A stretch of 64,000 nucleotides of DNA from a virus. Its lineage: Duplodnaviria > Caudoviricetes. The stretch is taken from positions 1-64,000 of IMG/VR virus record IMGVR_UViG_3300031760_000033. One strand, written 5' to 3'. The notes beneath the pieces were generated by a model. It saw only the letters and a list, made by a program, of their open reading frames with translations. It was not told where the DNA came from and ran no database searches. Positions 55,534 to 63,998 of this stretch are shown in pieces (the first letter of the stretch is position 1; the number at the start of each line of letters is the position of its first letter). Made by a program: the position numbers and the translations under genes.

Positions 55534-56025
55534 TTAGTCTTCTTCTTTAATAACAAATCCGAATGGAACAATACCATCAACGATACTCTGCCAATGTTTT
55601 ACCACGTCAGGATGAGCATGGCTCCCTCTGCTTTCTATATAGCTTGCGGCAGTTTCTTGAACCAATTTCCATGTTTCTTTTGAGATAGTTTTCTCAAACT
55701 TGTCAGAATATTGAGGAAACAACAGGTTGTCATAGTTGAGGATGCGTAGTCCGGTTTTGTTTTCGCTATACATCCACTCGCGAATAAACCCCCACATAAC
55801 AAATCCTGCCTGAAAGCCAGTGATACCTTCTCGCTTGGCACCATACCATGCCCCTGCAAGGGCTAATGCTGCACAGGCATTACATGCGGTTCCGTAGTCA
55901 TGGCGAGTACGATGGAAGAGAAGCCACGCCAACTTGATAAGTTGAAATATCGTCTTTGTTTCGTGGGCCATCTTAAACCACTTTTTTTGTGGTCTCATTT
56001 CCTCTGTTACAGTTACTTTTTTCAT
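55534..56025 (-). CDS. Hypothetical protein
   Basis: 163 aa; GITGFQAGFVMW..LLFPQY. Confidence 0.6.
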   Translation of the reverse strand: MKKVTVTEEMRPQKKWFKMAHETKTIFQLIKLAWLLFHRTRHDYGTACNACAALALAGAWYGAKREGITGFQAGFVMWGFIREWMYSENKTGLRILNYDNLLFPQYSDKFEKTISKETWKLVQETAASYIESRGSHAHPDVVKHWQSIVDGIVPFGFVIKEED

Positions 56026-56032
56026 GGTGTTG

Positions 56033-58006
56033 TTATTTTGTTTCTACTTTTAAAGATGTGTCTGCACGGAACATATAGAACATCTGTGTGTTCTCAATGC
56101 GAGGCAAATTCTCGTCATCAACCACGGAACTTTCATCCACCCAGCACGGCATATTCACGCCAAGTTTCTCGCAGAAGAAACGCTGGACGTCGATGGCCGT
56201 AACGATGCGACTGGCGTTGTTTGTCGTTGAGTATGACACTCCCTGAGCGTCTTTCAACACGAGGTCTGGGACCACAGTACCATCCTTCTGCTTTGACCAA
56301 ACCTCGATGCGAGAGAACTTCAAGCCGTCGTTGACCTTGTGGCTGAGGATTTCCATCTGTTCCTGCTTGTAGTTTTTGACAAGCTGGCGCTGACGCTCAT
56401 AGGTTGCAAGCTCGACGCCTTTATCGCGTTGTTCCTTTCGGAGTTCCTCGATGTTTTTGCGGAGCTTCTCGGCACGGGCTTTCAGACCGCGTTTTTCGTA
56501 GAGGGGAACCAACTCGGCGTTGATTCTGTCTTTCTCGGCCTTGATGTCGGAATCGTCCGGCATCTTGACCTCCGGGATAACAACGGCGTCGATGGCGGCT
56601 TGGAGTTCCTTGCCGTGGTCGGTGGCGGCGAACACCTCTTTGCTCGTGGAACGACCAGTAAGCTCGGCAATGCGTTTCTCCTGATTCTCGGTGGACTGGT
56701 TCAAGACCTCAGGAAGGGGAGCGTCGATGAACGGCTGTGCGTCTTCGGCAATCTTGGTCAGGCGCTCAATCTCGGCGTTCTCGCTCTTGCCTCTGGCGAC
56801 AATCTTCTGGATGTTATCGCGTTTGACAAACTCAAACTTGTTGATGACCTCCTGCAACTTCTCGCCGGTGAGTTCTGCACCGCAATATTGGCAGACTTTC
56901 GCGGACGGGTCCATCGTGCGGGCCATTTCCTCGTCGCGGTCGATGATGCACTGTTCGCGTCTCTGCTCGGCCAGTTTGAGTTCGCGGATAGCGTTGTCGT
57001 GTTCAGTGGTCTTCTGCTGACGGACTCTGACGGCCTCGTCATACTTGGCCTTACTGTCGGCGTTCTGGCGACGGACGGCGTTAATCTCACCAGTCAGGCG
57101 GTTGATTTCCTCCTGAGGCTCGTTGCACCACTTGCGGTATGCCTCATCGAAGAGGGTCTGCTTCATCTGACGCGAGGAAATAGCCTCAGCACGGGCCTCC
57201 ATCTGCGGTCTCATACGCTCGGTAAGGTCGAGCTGGCGTTTCTCGCAAGCCTCACGCTCACCTTCGAGGCGGGTAATCTCCTTCTCGTTGGCAGCAAAGT
57301 CAGTCTGCTCAATCTCGGAGATTTCATTAGTCATACTCTGGATGAGAGACGGGATTTCGTCGAGGCGCTGCTTGATGCCCTTAGAGAGGTTGGCAGCACG
57401 GTTCTCAATCTCGTCGAGACTGTACTTGGCCAGCAGGTCGGCAATGAGGCTGTAGTCGCCCTTCATTTCCTCCGGCGTAACCTCGCCGACGATGCGCTCG
57501 ATGATTTGGCGGGCCTTCTTCTTGTCGTCGAAGATTTGGCTGATGAAAAACTCACCACCGAGGACGAAACGCATCATGTCATCCGGGGCGATGTTGGCGG
57601 TCAGCCAATCCTTGAAGTCAGTGGCGTTACGCTCGATGTTGTCGATGGAGTAGCCGTACTCATCGCTGGGCGCCTTCTCGTAGATGTCGGTGCCTTTCTT
57701 GCGGGTGAACTTGGCCTTTGCGGTACGCTCCAGACGATAGGTCTCGTTGCCTACCTGAACGACAGCCCACACGGATGCCACCGGCGTGTCTTTGGTGAGT
57801 TCGATGCGGTCGTCGAACAACTTTGAGTTGGCCGGGCTGTTGGGGTCTGTGTACGCACACATCAGCCAGCACCATGCGGCGAGGCGGGTTGACTTACCGC
57901 TCCTGTTGCGACCTGAGATACGGTTCTCCTGCAAGCCATACTTGTCGCAAAAGTTCTGGCCACGGAAATTTGAGCCTCCAAGCTCTAAGATTTTAACGTC
58001 TGTCAT
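56033..58006 (-). CDS. SMC/SbcC-like coiled-coil ATPase
   Basis: Walker A GRNRSGKST, central CQYC zinc hook, C-terminal WVDE. Confidence 0.85.
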   Translation of the reverse strand: MTDVKILELGGSNFRGQNFCDKYGLQENRISGRNRSGKSTRLAAWCWLMCAYTDPNSPANSKLFDDRIELTKDTPVASVWAVVQVGNETYRLERTAKAKFTRKKGTDIYEKAPSDEYGYSIDNIERNATDFKDWLTANIAPDDMMRFVLGGEFFISQIFDDKKKARQIIERIVGEVTPEEMKGDYSLIADLLAKYSLDEIENRAANLSKGIKQRLDEIPSLIQSMTNEISEIEQTDFAANEKEITRLEGEREACEKRQLDLTERMRPQMEARAEAISSRQMKQTLFDEAYRKWCNEPQEEINRLTGEINAVRRQNADSKAKYDEAVRVRQQKTTEHDNAIRELKLAEQRREQCIIDRDEEMARTMDPSAKVCQYCGAELTGEKLQEVINKFEFVKRDNIQKIVARGKSENAEIERLTKIAEDAQPFIDAPLPEVLNQSTENQEKRIAELTGRSTSKEVFAATDHGKELQAAIDAVVIPEVKMPDDSDIKAEKDRINAELVPLYEKRGLKARAEKLRKNIEELRKEQRDKGVELATYERQRQLVKNYKQEQMEILSHKVNDGLKFSRIEVWSKQKDGTVVPDLVLKDAQGVSYSTTNNASRIVTAIDVQRFFCEKLGVNMPCWVDESSVVDDENLPRIENTQMFYMFRADTSLKVETK

Positions 58007-58034
58007 ATCAGTTGTTTATTGTTTAATTTTGATG

Positions 58035-58042
58035 CAAAAGTA
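58035..58042 (-). promoter_or_regulatory. Bacteroidota -7 promoter element
   Basis: TTCGTACTTTTGCATC on - strand. Confidence 0.7.
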
Positions 58043-58076
58043 CGAAGAAAATTTGAATTACGAAAAAAAAAGTTCG

Positions 58077-58562
58077 CTAAATTTCGTAATAATTTTTTAA
58101 TGTATTGTAGTTCATTAGGTTGTACTTGAAATATTTTTTCACGGAGCCTCGATAATCACTCCCACAACCGGGATTCCACACGTCGATGGCCCTGTCTATT
58201 TCAAGATTTGGGTTGTGTCGTTCCTGTACGATTTTGAATATGGCATAGCTTCCCTGCCGGTCGTAACGGTCATCGTAATTGAAGCAATCGAACCCTACGA
58301 TGCGGTTGGCTTCGCGAACCATAATTTCTGACAGCTGGAGGCATCCGACCCATCGTCCGCATGGAGATACTGCCGTGTGGTTGAAGTTCGATTCTTGTTT
58401 GGCGAAAGCGAGAGCCATTGCGTTAATTGTGTCCTCGCGTGTCAAGACATACTCCGTTTCTTTCGGAAAGGTGTCCGCAATCGTTTCTTTTTCGTCTTTG
58501 GTGTAGTTGGCACATCCGACCGTTAGAAGTGCCGCAAACACGGCGAAAATTGTTTTCTTCAT
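58077..58562 (-). CDS. Lipoprotein with lysozyme-like / lytic transglycosylase domain
   Basis: Lipobox LTVGC; AFAKQESNFN..VGCLQL. Confidence 0.65.
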   Translation of the reverse strand: MKKTIFAVFAALLTVGCANYTKDEKETIADTFPKETEYVLTREDTINAMALAFAKQESNFNHTAVSPCGRWVGCLQLSEIMVREANRIVGFDCFNYDDRYDRQGSYAIFKIVQERHNPNLEIDRAIDVWNPGCGSDYRGSVKKYFKYNLMNYNTLKNYYEI

Positions 58563-58564
58563 TG

Positions 58565-58831
58565 TTATTCTCCTTTCATATAGTTTTTGAAATCCTCGAT
58601 AAATTCTTCTTTTGATGTAATTGACTCTATCGCTGTACCAAAAGTAACAACTTCAACCCTATCGTATAGTTTATAATTTAGGTATCTTGCCGCCTTCTTA
58701 ATAAAGGAATCAGTGCGGGTGTATTCAATGTCATTCTTAGTAAGTCTTTTAGGCATCCACTCGAGTACGAGTGTACCATTTACAAGACTTTCAAACAGAT
58801 AAATCTTCTCAGGTGCTTCGTTTTCTTTCAT
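58565..58831 (-). CDS. Hypothetical protein
   Basis: APEKIYL..DIEYTRTD. Confidence 0.6.
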   Translation of the reverse strand: MKENEAPEKIYLFESLVNGTLVLEWMPKRLTKNDIEYTRTDSFIKKAARYLNYKLYDRVEVVTFGTAIESITSKEEFIEDFKNYMKGE

Positions 58832-59574
58832 AACATCTTATCTCCTTTCATTCTTTGTTTGAGGGATTTGAGCCAAAAAATACAGTCTCCAGCTTTACCA
58901 TACCCGTCACCAAACCTTTTTTTTAGTTCTATAAGATTATCAATTGAGAGTTTTAAAAGATTTTCATCCTCTTCACTCCAAGCGTCGTGTTTGTTGGGAT
59001 GCAGTGATTTAAGCCAAAGTAAGGTTTCGTGTACATCTTTTTGATAACTTGATGATTTTTCGGTTGGAGAATGATGGTCTTGTACTTGCAAAAAGTATTC
59101 TAATTTATTATAATAGTATAAATCTTTATCTGTCCACTGAGTAGGTTTCTGCTTTGTAAGTACATAATCGTTTTCATCGCAAATTGGTAAAGAAAGAAAC
59201 GCTGTACGGTCGTCAGATTCACAGGAATAAGCACCTTCACCTATATATTTAACCCTTACGGGAACATAATGACCGTTTGGTTTGGTTGGTTCTATAACAT
59301 CGCCAACTCGAAATTTAGGATAGATGTACTTAATTTCGGGCTTCTGCTTACCTTGCTTTTCAAGCCAATCAATTAATTCTTCTTTTCTCCAACCTGAAAT
59401 AACAGATACGTTATATTTTATATACTGTATTAGTGCTTTTCTTATCCTCTCATCCTCGCTCTCCTTGAGTTCGGGGAAATAATGTTCAGCATCTTCCTTT
59501 GTTGCGCCGTGCAAACCATCATAAAGACTTTGCATCCAAGCTAATGCTTTTTCGTATTTTTCTTTGTAATCCAT
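58828..59574 (-). CDS. Hypothetical protein
   Basis: ESEDERIRKAL and WSEEDE..WLKSLK modules. Confidence 0.6.
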   Translation of the reverse strand: MDYKEKYEKALAWMQSLYDGLHGATKEDAEHYFPELKESEDERIRKALIQYIKYNVSVISGWRKEELIDWLEKQGKQKPEIKYIYPKFRVGDVIEPTKPNGHYVPVRVKYIGEGAYSCESDDRTAFLSLPICDENDYVLTKQKPTQWTDKDLYYYNKLEYFLQVQDHHSPTEKSSSYQKDVHETLLWLKSLHPNKHDAWSEEDENLLKLSIDNLIELKKRFGDGYGKAGDCIFWLKSLKQRMKGDKML

Positions 59575-59595
59575 AATTGTCCTTTTTAATTGTTA

Positions 59596-60399
59596 TTACT
59601 CGAACAGGCTCAACTGAGTGCCTGTCTTTATTTCTGTCGGGAGTGTGTAGGAGTCCTCAAAATTGTCGACGTGCTCATGCGGTAGAGAGTCCTTCTTGAT
59701 GCGGTAGTGCTTTATCCAGCCTTTCTCGGCTATATCAAGCCACCACTTGCGGCGTTGTTCCTCAACATCCTTTGCGGTCGCCAGTGTGTACTCCCAATAG
59801 GTAGAGAACACGGCGCCGGACACCATGTGCCTCAGGCTGTCAATCTTGAAGAAGGTGAAATGCTCGTAGTCCAGAGTCAGGGCATTGCCGCACGTTACCT
59901 CGCCGGTGACGGAGTTTGTAACAAAGTTGAGCAGAGTCATCTTTGCACACGTCATCGACAGGTCGTTGGCATAAAGCTCTATGTCTTTGCCTTCGTTGCG
60001 GGCAATCTTCAAGGCGTTAAGTAACGTCCTGCCGCTTCCACAGGCCGGGTCGTTCACCGTGGCGCCATCCTCAATGCCAACAATCTCGGACATCAGGAGA
60101 GATACGCTGTCCGGGGTGAAGAATTGGCCCTTCTCTCCGTGGCTGATGCGGCGCATAAACATATCGCCGAGTGGGTCTTTGAAATCCTCAGCTTCCTCGC
60201 CGTAGGCTTGCATGGCGGCAATCATATTCATTTTGAAGTCAGGATTGCTGTTCATGTGTTTGAACAACTCGCGCTGCCTGTCATTTGGATTGTTGCAGAA
60301 GAACTGCAACTGGAGGTCGAGGAAATTGTCGAAGCAGTCAGCAAACTGTGTTCTGCCTCCGATAGATAGCTTCTCGATGCACTTTTCTAAAGAGTCCAT
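59596..60399 (-). CDS. HsdM-like N6-adenine methyltransferase homolog without NPP(Y/F)
   Basis: GQFFTPDSVS and NDPACGSGRTL are present; no NPPY/F anywhere in 267 aa. Confidence 0.75.
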   Translation of the reverse strand: MDSLEKCIEKLSIGGRTQFADCFDNFLDLQLQFFCNNPNDRQRELFKHMNSNPDFKMNMIAAMQAYGEEAEDFKDPLGDMFMRRISHGEKGQFFTPDSVSLLMSEIVGIEDGATVNDPACGSGRTLLNALKIARNEGKDIELYANDLSMTCAKMTLLNFVTNSVTGEVTCGNALTLDYEHFTFFKIDSLRHMVSGAVFSTYWEYTLATAKDVEEQRRKWWLDIAEKGWIKHYRIKKDSLPHEHVDNFEDSYTLPTEIKTGTQLSLFE

Positions 60400-60538
60400 A
60401 GGTCTGAAATTTTGGTTACAAAATTAGTGATTATTTCCGGATGATGAAAAAACCTTTTCACCATTATCAATTACAATGTTGTATATGTTATTGAATTATA
60501 GCGTAAAATATTCAATAGTATTGAGTATTGATTGTTAG

Positions 60539-60546
60539 TACCTTTG
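60539..60546 (+). promoter_or_regulatory. Bacteroidota -7 promoter element
   Basis: TACCTTTG upstream of the 60597 operon. Confidence 0.6.
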
Positions 60547-60596
60547 CTTCCGGTTGCAACCACAAACGCAGTATTAACAATTAAAACATCAAACAA

Positions 60597-61550
60597 ATGA
60601 GCGAAACTATCGTAGTTCCCGATAACGGGAGCAACATGAACAACGCATGGCCCTTGCTGGCTATGAACAACGGTGGGTTCGGTGGTCTTGGCAACGGCCT
60701 TGGTGCCGGTGTCGTCGGCTTTATCCTTGGCGCCCTCATCAACGGTAACGGAAATGGACTGTTTGGTAACGGCGGGAATAACGCCGGTGCCGCCGCCGCC
60801 TCTCTTGGCGCACAGGCTACCGCCCTGAACAACACCGACCTCTTGATGAACGCCATCACGAGCAGCGGTGAACGCCAGCATGAGGCGGTCCAGACACTCA
60901 GCACGATGCTCGGTCAGGACTTCAACCTCGTGAACAGCGGCGTCCAGACCGTACAGACATCACTTGCCACCATTGCCGCCAATCAGGGCATGAATGTCAT
61001 GCAGGTCATCAATGCCATCCAGAGTGGCAATACGGCTCTCCAGAGCCAGCTTTGCGAGTGCTGCTGCAATATGAAGCAGCTTGTCACTGAGCAGGGCTAC
61101 CAAGGTCAGCTCCGCACTCTCGAACAGACTGCCGCTATGAACAACGGCTTCGCCGGCGTAAACACCAACATCGCCGCGACCAAGGCCGCACAGGAGCTTG
61201 CCGACTGCAAGCAGACTTACGCACTCACGGACACCATGAACAACCATTACATCGCGCTTGACAATAAGCTCGACGCTATGGAATCTGGACGTAAGGACCG
61301 CGAGATTACGGCCTTGACTGCCAAAATCGCGCAGCTGGAGTCGCAGAACTTCACCACCGCCGCTCTCGGTCAGGCTGTCGCGCCTATCAACGCACAGCTT
61401 GCAGCCCTTGCCCGTGAAGTTGACACCATCAAGTGCAACCAGCTTCCGACGGTCAACGTACAGTGGCCTCAGCTTACCGCCGTCAACACCACTCCTTATG
61501 TGAATGGTGGCTTCTACGGCAACGGTTGGGGCAATGGCCTTTACTTCTAA
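60597..61550 (+). CDS. Gly/Asn-rich protein with CCC motif and coiled coil
   Basis: 317 aa; hydrophobic GxxxG segment, LCECCCN, heptad repeats; biased codons. Confidence 0.8.
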   Translation: MSETIVVPDNGSNMNNAWPLLAMNNGGFGGLGNGLGAGVVGFILGALINGNGNGLFGNGGNNAGAAAASLGAQATALNNTDLLMNAITSSGERQHEAVQTLSTMLGQDFNLVNSGVQTVQTSLATIAANQGMNVMQVINAIQSGNTALQSQLCECCCNMKQLVTEQGYQGQLRTLEQTAAMNNGFAGVNTNIAATKAAQELADCKQTYALTDTMNNHYIALDNKLDAMESGRKDREITALTAKIAQLESQNFTTAALGQAVAPINAQLAALAREVDTIKCNQLPTVNVQWPQLTAVNTTPYVNGGFYGNGWGNGLYF

Positions 61551-61568
61551 TTAGGAAAGGAGTAAGAA

Positions 61569-61907
61569 ATGAACAATCCATTCAGTAATATCACTACGAA
61601 TGTCAACGGGATTCCGTACCTGTCGAGCACCAACATCACTGTTACTGACACTGCTGTTGACATCGCTCTTGGATTCCGTCGCATCCAGCCTGTCGGACAT
61701 CTGACGGTACGGATTGCCTCGTCCATCCCTGACGGAACCACAGGCACATTGCCAGTGACGCTGACCCTCAATGGCACCAGCCGTGCCTTGACGTTCTTCA
61801 ACGGAACGCCTGTGACGGCTGCCGACCTTACGGGAACCGGCGTGATTACCGTGTTTAACGACCGCTTCAACGGCATCTTGCAGCTGACGTCGCCGCTCAC
61901 GGCTTAA
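61569..61907 (+). CDS. Hypothetical beta-rich protein
   Basis: 112 aa in operon. Confidence 0.7.
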   Translation: MNNPFSNITTNVNGIPYLSSTNITVTDTAVDIALGFRRIQPVGHLTVRIASSIPDGTTGTLPVTLTLNGTSRALTFFNGTPVTAADLTGTGVITVFNDRFNGILQLTSPLTA

Positions 61908-61939
61908 CAAAAGTTATTAACAATTAAACGAGTAAAAAG

Positions 61940-62470
61940 ATGTTTGGAACACTCAGAGCAGGCTCGCTCCTGTATATCCTTAACAAAGGAGAAAACCCCA
62001 GCCTTACGGTTGGGCAGGTCCTCTCGACGACACCGCCGAGAGCAAAAGTAGGGAACCAGTTTATGCCGAACCCTCTCCAGATGGAGCAGGTTATCGACAT
62101 AACAGTCAAGGTCGGCGACGACACGAAGACATTTTCCAATGTCAATACGGCATTGTCGATTGTCGATACCGGTGCCAACAACTACGTCATATCTGACGAC
62201 AAGACAGCAATCACCAACGAGGTGGAAGCTTATGGAACACTGTCGCAGAACGCATTGAACAGTGTGCCGTACCACAAGAAAGTGGTCGCCGCTTGCAAAC
62301 AGATGATGTTGGAGTTGAACCCCAACTTGCAGAAAGAAGCCGACCGAGACACAAAAATCAGCAACCTTGAAAAAGAACTTGCTGAAATCAAGGGTGGTTT
62401 CTCAGAACTTACGAACTTTCTCAAAGGTGCCCTCGGAACACCTCAAACCTCGTTGATTAAACCTCAGTAA
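61940..62470 (+). CDS. Hypothetical protein with C-terminal coiled coil
   Basis: 176 aa in operon. Confidence 0.7.
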   Translation: MFGTLRAGSLLYILNKGENPSLTVGQVLSTTPPRAKVGNQFMPNPLQMEQVIDITVKVGDDTKTFSNVNTALSIVDTGANNYVISDDKTAITNEVEAYGTLSQNALNSVPYHKKVVAACKQMMLELNPNLQKEADRDTKISNLEKELAEIKGGFSELTNFLKGALGTPQTSLIKPQ

Positions 62471-62472
62471 TT

Positions 62473-62709
62473 ATGGGCTACACAATCATTCACAGAAAAG
62501 ACAAGGAGAAGATGGCCGACATGGTGGAGGACATTCTCTACACCGCCGGTCGCCTGATGTCCTGTGTCGATGAACTCGAAGACTCCAGCATGATGGGTGA
62601 GCGTCGTTACCCGGACGGTATGGGGATGCGTGACGGTGGTCGTATGGGCTACCGTTGGGACGACCCCTACATGATGGGTGAACGCCGTGGCATCGTCAGA
62701 CGTTACTAG
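62473..62709 (+). CDS. Small protein with repeated MMGERR motif
   Basis: 78 aa; followed by a hairpin. Confidence 0.7.
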   Translation: MGYTIIHRKDKEKMADMVEDILYTAGRLMSCVDELEDSSMMGERRYPDGMGMRDGGRMGYRWDDPYMMGERRGIVRRY

Positions 62710-62723
62710 ACGTTCCAAACGCG

Positions 62724-62757
62724 GGGTAGGAGGCTCCGGCCTCCTGCCCTCTTTATT
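62724..62757 (+). terminator. Terminator-like hairpin
   Basis: GGGTAGGAGGC-TCCG-GCCTCCTGCCC then TCTTTATTT. Confidence 0.7.
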
Positions 62758-62824
62758 TGCAGAGTAAATCACGCTGCAAGGCAATTAACAGAGTACCAAT
62801 AACTTTTTATCTTCACAGAAAATC

Positions 62825-63238
62825 ATGGGTAAATCAAAACAACCTCTCGATATGTACGACATCATCCCGGAAGAGCAACGGGCGTACCTGATGAACTACG
62901 GCAAGCACTTCAACGAGAAGATGTGCAAGTTTGCCGTCAGCCTGATGCTGGACCGTAACGGAAAGAAGATTTCGTTGATGAAGAAGGATGACGTTCTCGC
63001 GAAACTCAAAGAGAACGGAGTTACGCTGGAGAACGATGTCATGTGCGACAGCACTTTCGTCTATCACATGGCCCTGAGCGACTTCATGGGAAGCAGCATC
63101 GAGGACGAGAAGCACATCTGTCTCTATGTCAAAGACCTCATCGACGACGAGGACCAGCGGGACGGCTTCATTTTTGCCCGCTTTGTAAGTGACTGCATCA
63201 ACAACGGAGAGCCTATCGATTGGGCCGAAATGCTGTAA
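62825..63238 (+). CDS. Hypothetical acidic protein
   Basis: 137 aa; YLMNYGKHFN..YVKDLIDDED..PIDW. Confidence 0.7.
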   Translation: MGKSKQPLDMYDIIPEEQRAYLMNYGKHFNEKMCKFAVSLMLDRNGKKISLMKKDDVLAKLKENGVTLENDVMCDSTFVYHMALSDFMGSSIEDEKHICLYVKDLIDDEDQRDGFIFARFVSDCINNGEPIDWAEML

Positions 63239-63249
63239 GTGCATAAGTT

Positions 63250-63666
63250 ATGAAAGTCCAGCGCTTATATCTCGGCCCGTACAGATGGCAGATGACCGTG
63301 TTCTACGACACGGCCCCTGAAGACTGCGACACCATCCTGAAATGCCTCGCAGACATCGGATGCGAAAGACGCAAACTCGGACAAGCGGAAGAAAACCTCC
63401 GTGGAGGGGCCAGAAATACCGGCCTGACGTTCTCAAATCGCCAGAATAGGGAAAGTATCGTCGTGCTGTCCGAAAGCTCGTCAGAAGCCGAATTTGCGAA
63501 TACTTGGTTCCATGAGGTCTTCCATGCCGCTGTACACATAGCCGAGGCAGACGGTCTCGGATGTAATGGTGAGCCTGTGGCGTACATCGGAGGCTACATT
63601 GCCATGAGGATGCAGCCACAGGCATCACTCTTCATGTGTTCAAAATGCCACAAATATGAAATGTAG
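63250..63666 (+). CDS. HExxH zinc metallopeptidase-like protein
   Basis: WFHEVFHAAVH..EPVAYIGG, with a candidate third ligand Glu; C-terminal CSKCH. Confidence 0.75.
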   Translation: MKVQRLYLGPYRWQMTVFYDTAPEDCDTILKCLADIGCERRKLGQAEENLRGGARNTGLTFSNRQNRESIVVLSESSSEAEFANTWFHEVFHAAVHIAEADGLGCNGEPVAYIGGYIAMRMQPQASLFMCSKCHKYEM

Positions 63667-63760
63667 GAGAATTAGGACTCGGTTGACTCCTCTTCTGGAG
63701 ATTCTACAGGACGATTGTCTGGTTGACCTTCACCGACTGGCTCATCTATGGTATCTTTGA
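63656..63760 (+). CDS. Small ORF (34 aa)
   Basis: MKCRRIRTRLTPLLEILQDDCLVDLHRLAHLWYL overlapping the peptidase stop. Confidence 0.35.
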   Translation: MKCRRIRTRLTPLLEILQDDCLVDLHRLAHLWYL

Positions 63761-63768
63761 GGTGTTTA

Positions 63769-63900
63769 TGTCGTTATATGACAACATATTGACGCTTCAT
63801 TGTTCCGACCAATGTCGATAACTCCACGTCCGCTATCCCGTCCACCACGGGTGATATTTCTCCTATGAGATTCTGCTTCTGCAAGCCGAATCTCTTTATA
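63769..63900 (-). ncRNA. Putative TnpB omega-RNA (scaffold plus guide)
   Basis: Overlaps the tnpB 3' end; ends GAAGCGTCAA (boundary 63789) followed by TATGTTGTCATATAACGACA; 5' limit is approximate. Confidence 0.55.
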
Positions 63901-63998
63901 TTCACTGCTGCTAGCAAGTCGCGGTCGTTGTGCCGTCCACACTGCGGGCAATCCCACTCTCGGTCTTTTAGTGTCAAGTTTTTATTGATATACCCGCA
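63774..63998 (-). mobile_element. tnpB: IS200/IS605-family TnpB, 3' part (continues beyond the window)
   Basis: [34 protein letters not shown]: zinc finger plus RuvC-III. Confidence 0.9.

Noticed and set aside
56339-57826. 495-aa + strand ORF opposite the SMC-like ATPase
   Set aside because: Mirror of a strongly biased coiled-coil gene; no promoter or protein-like features
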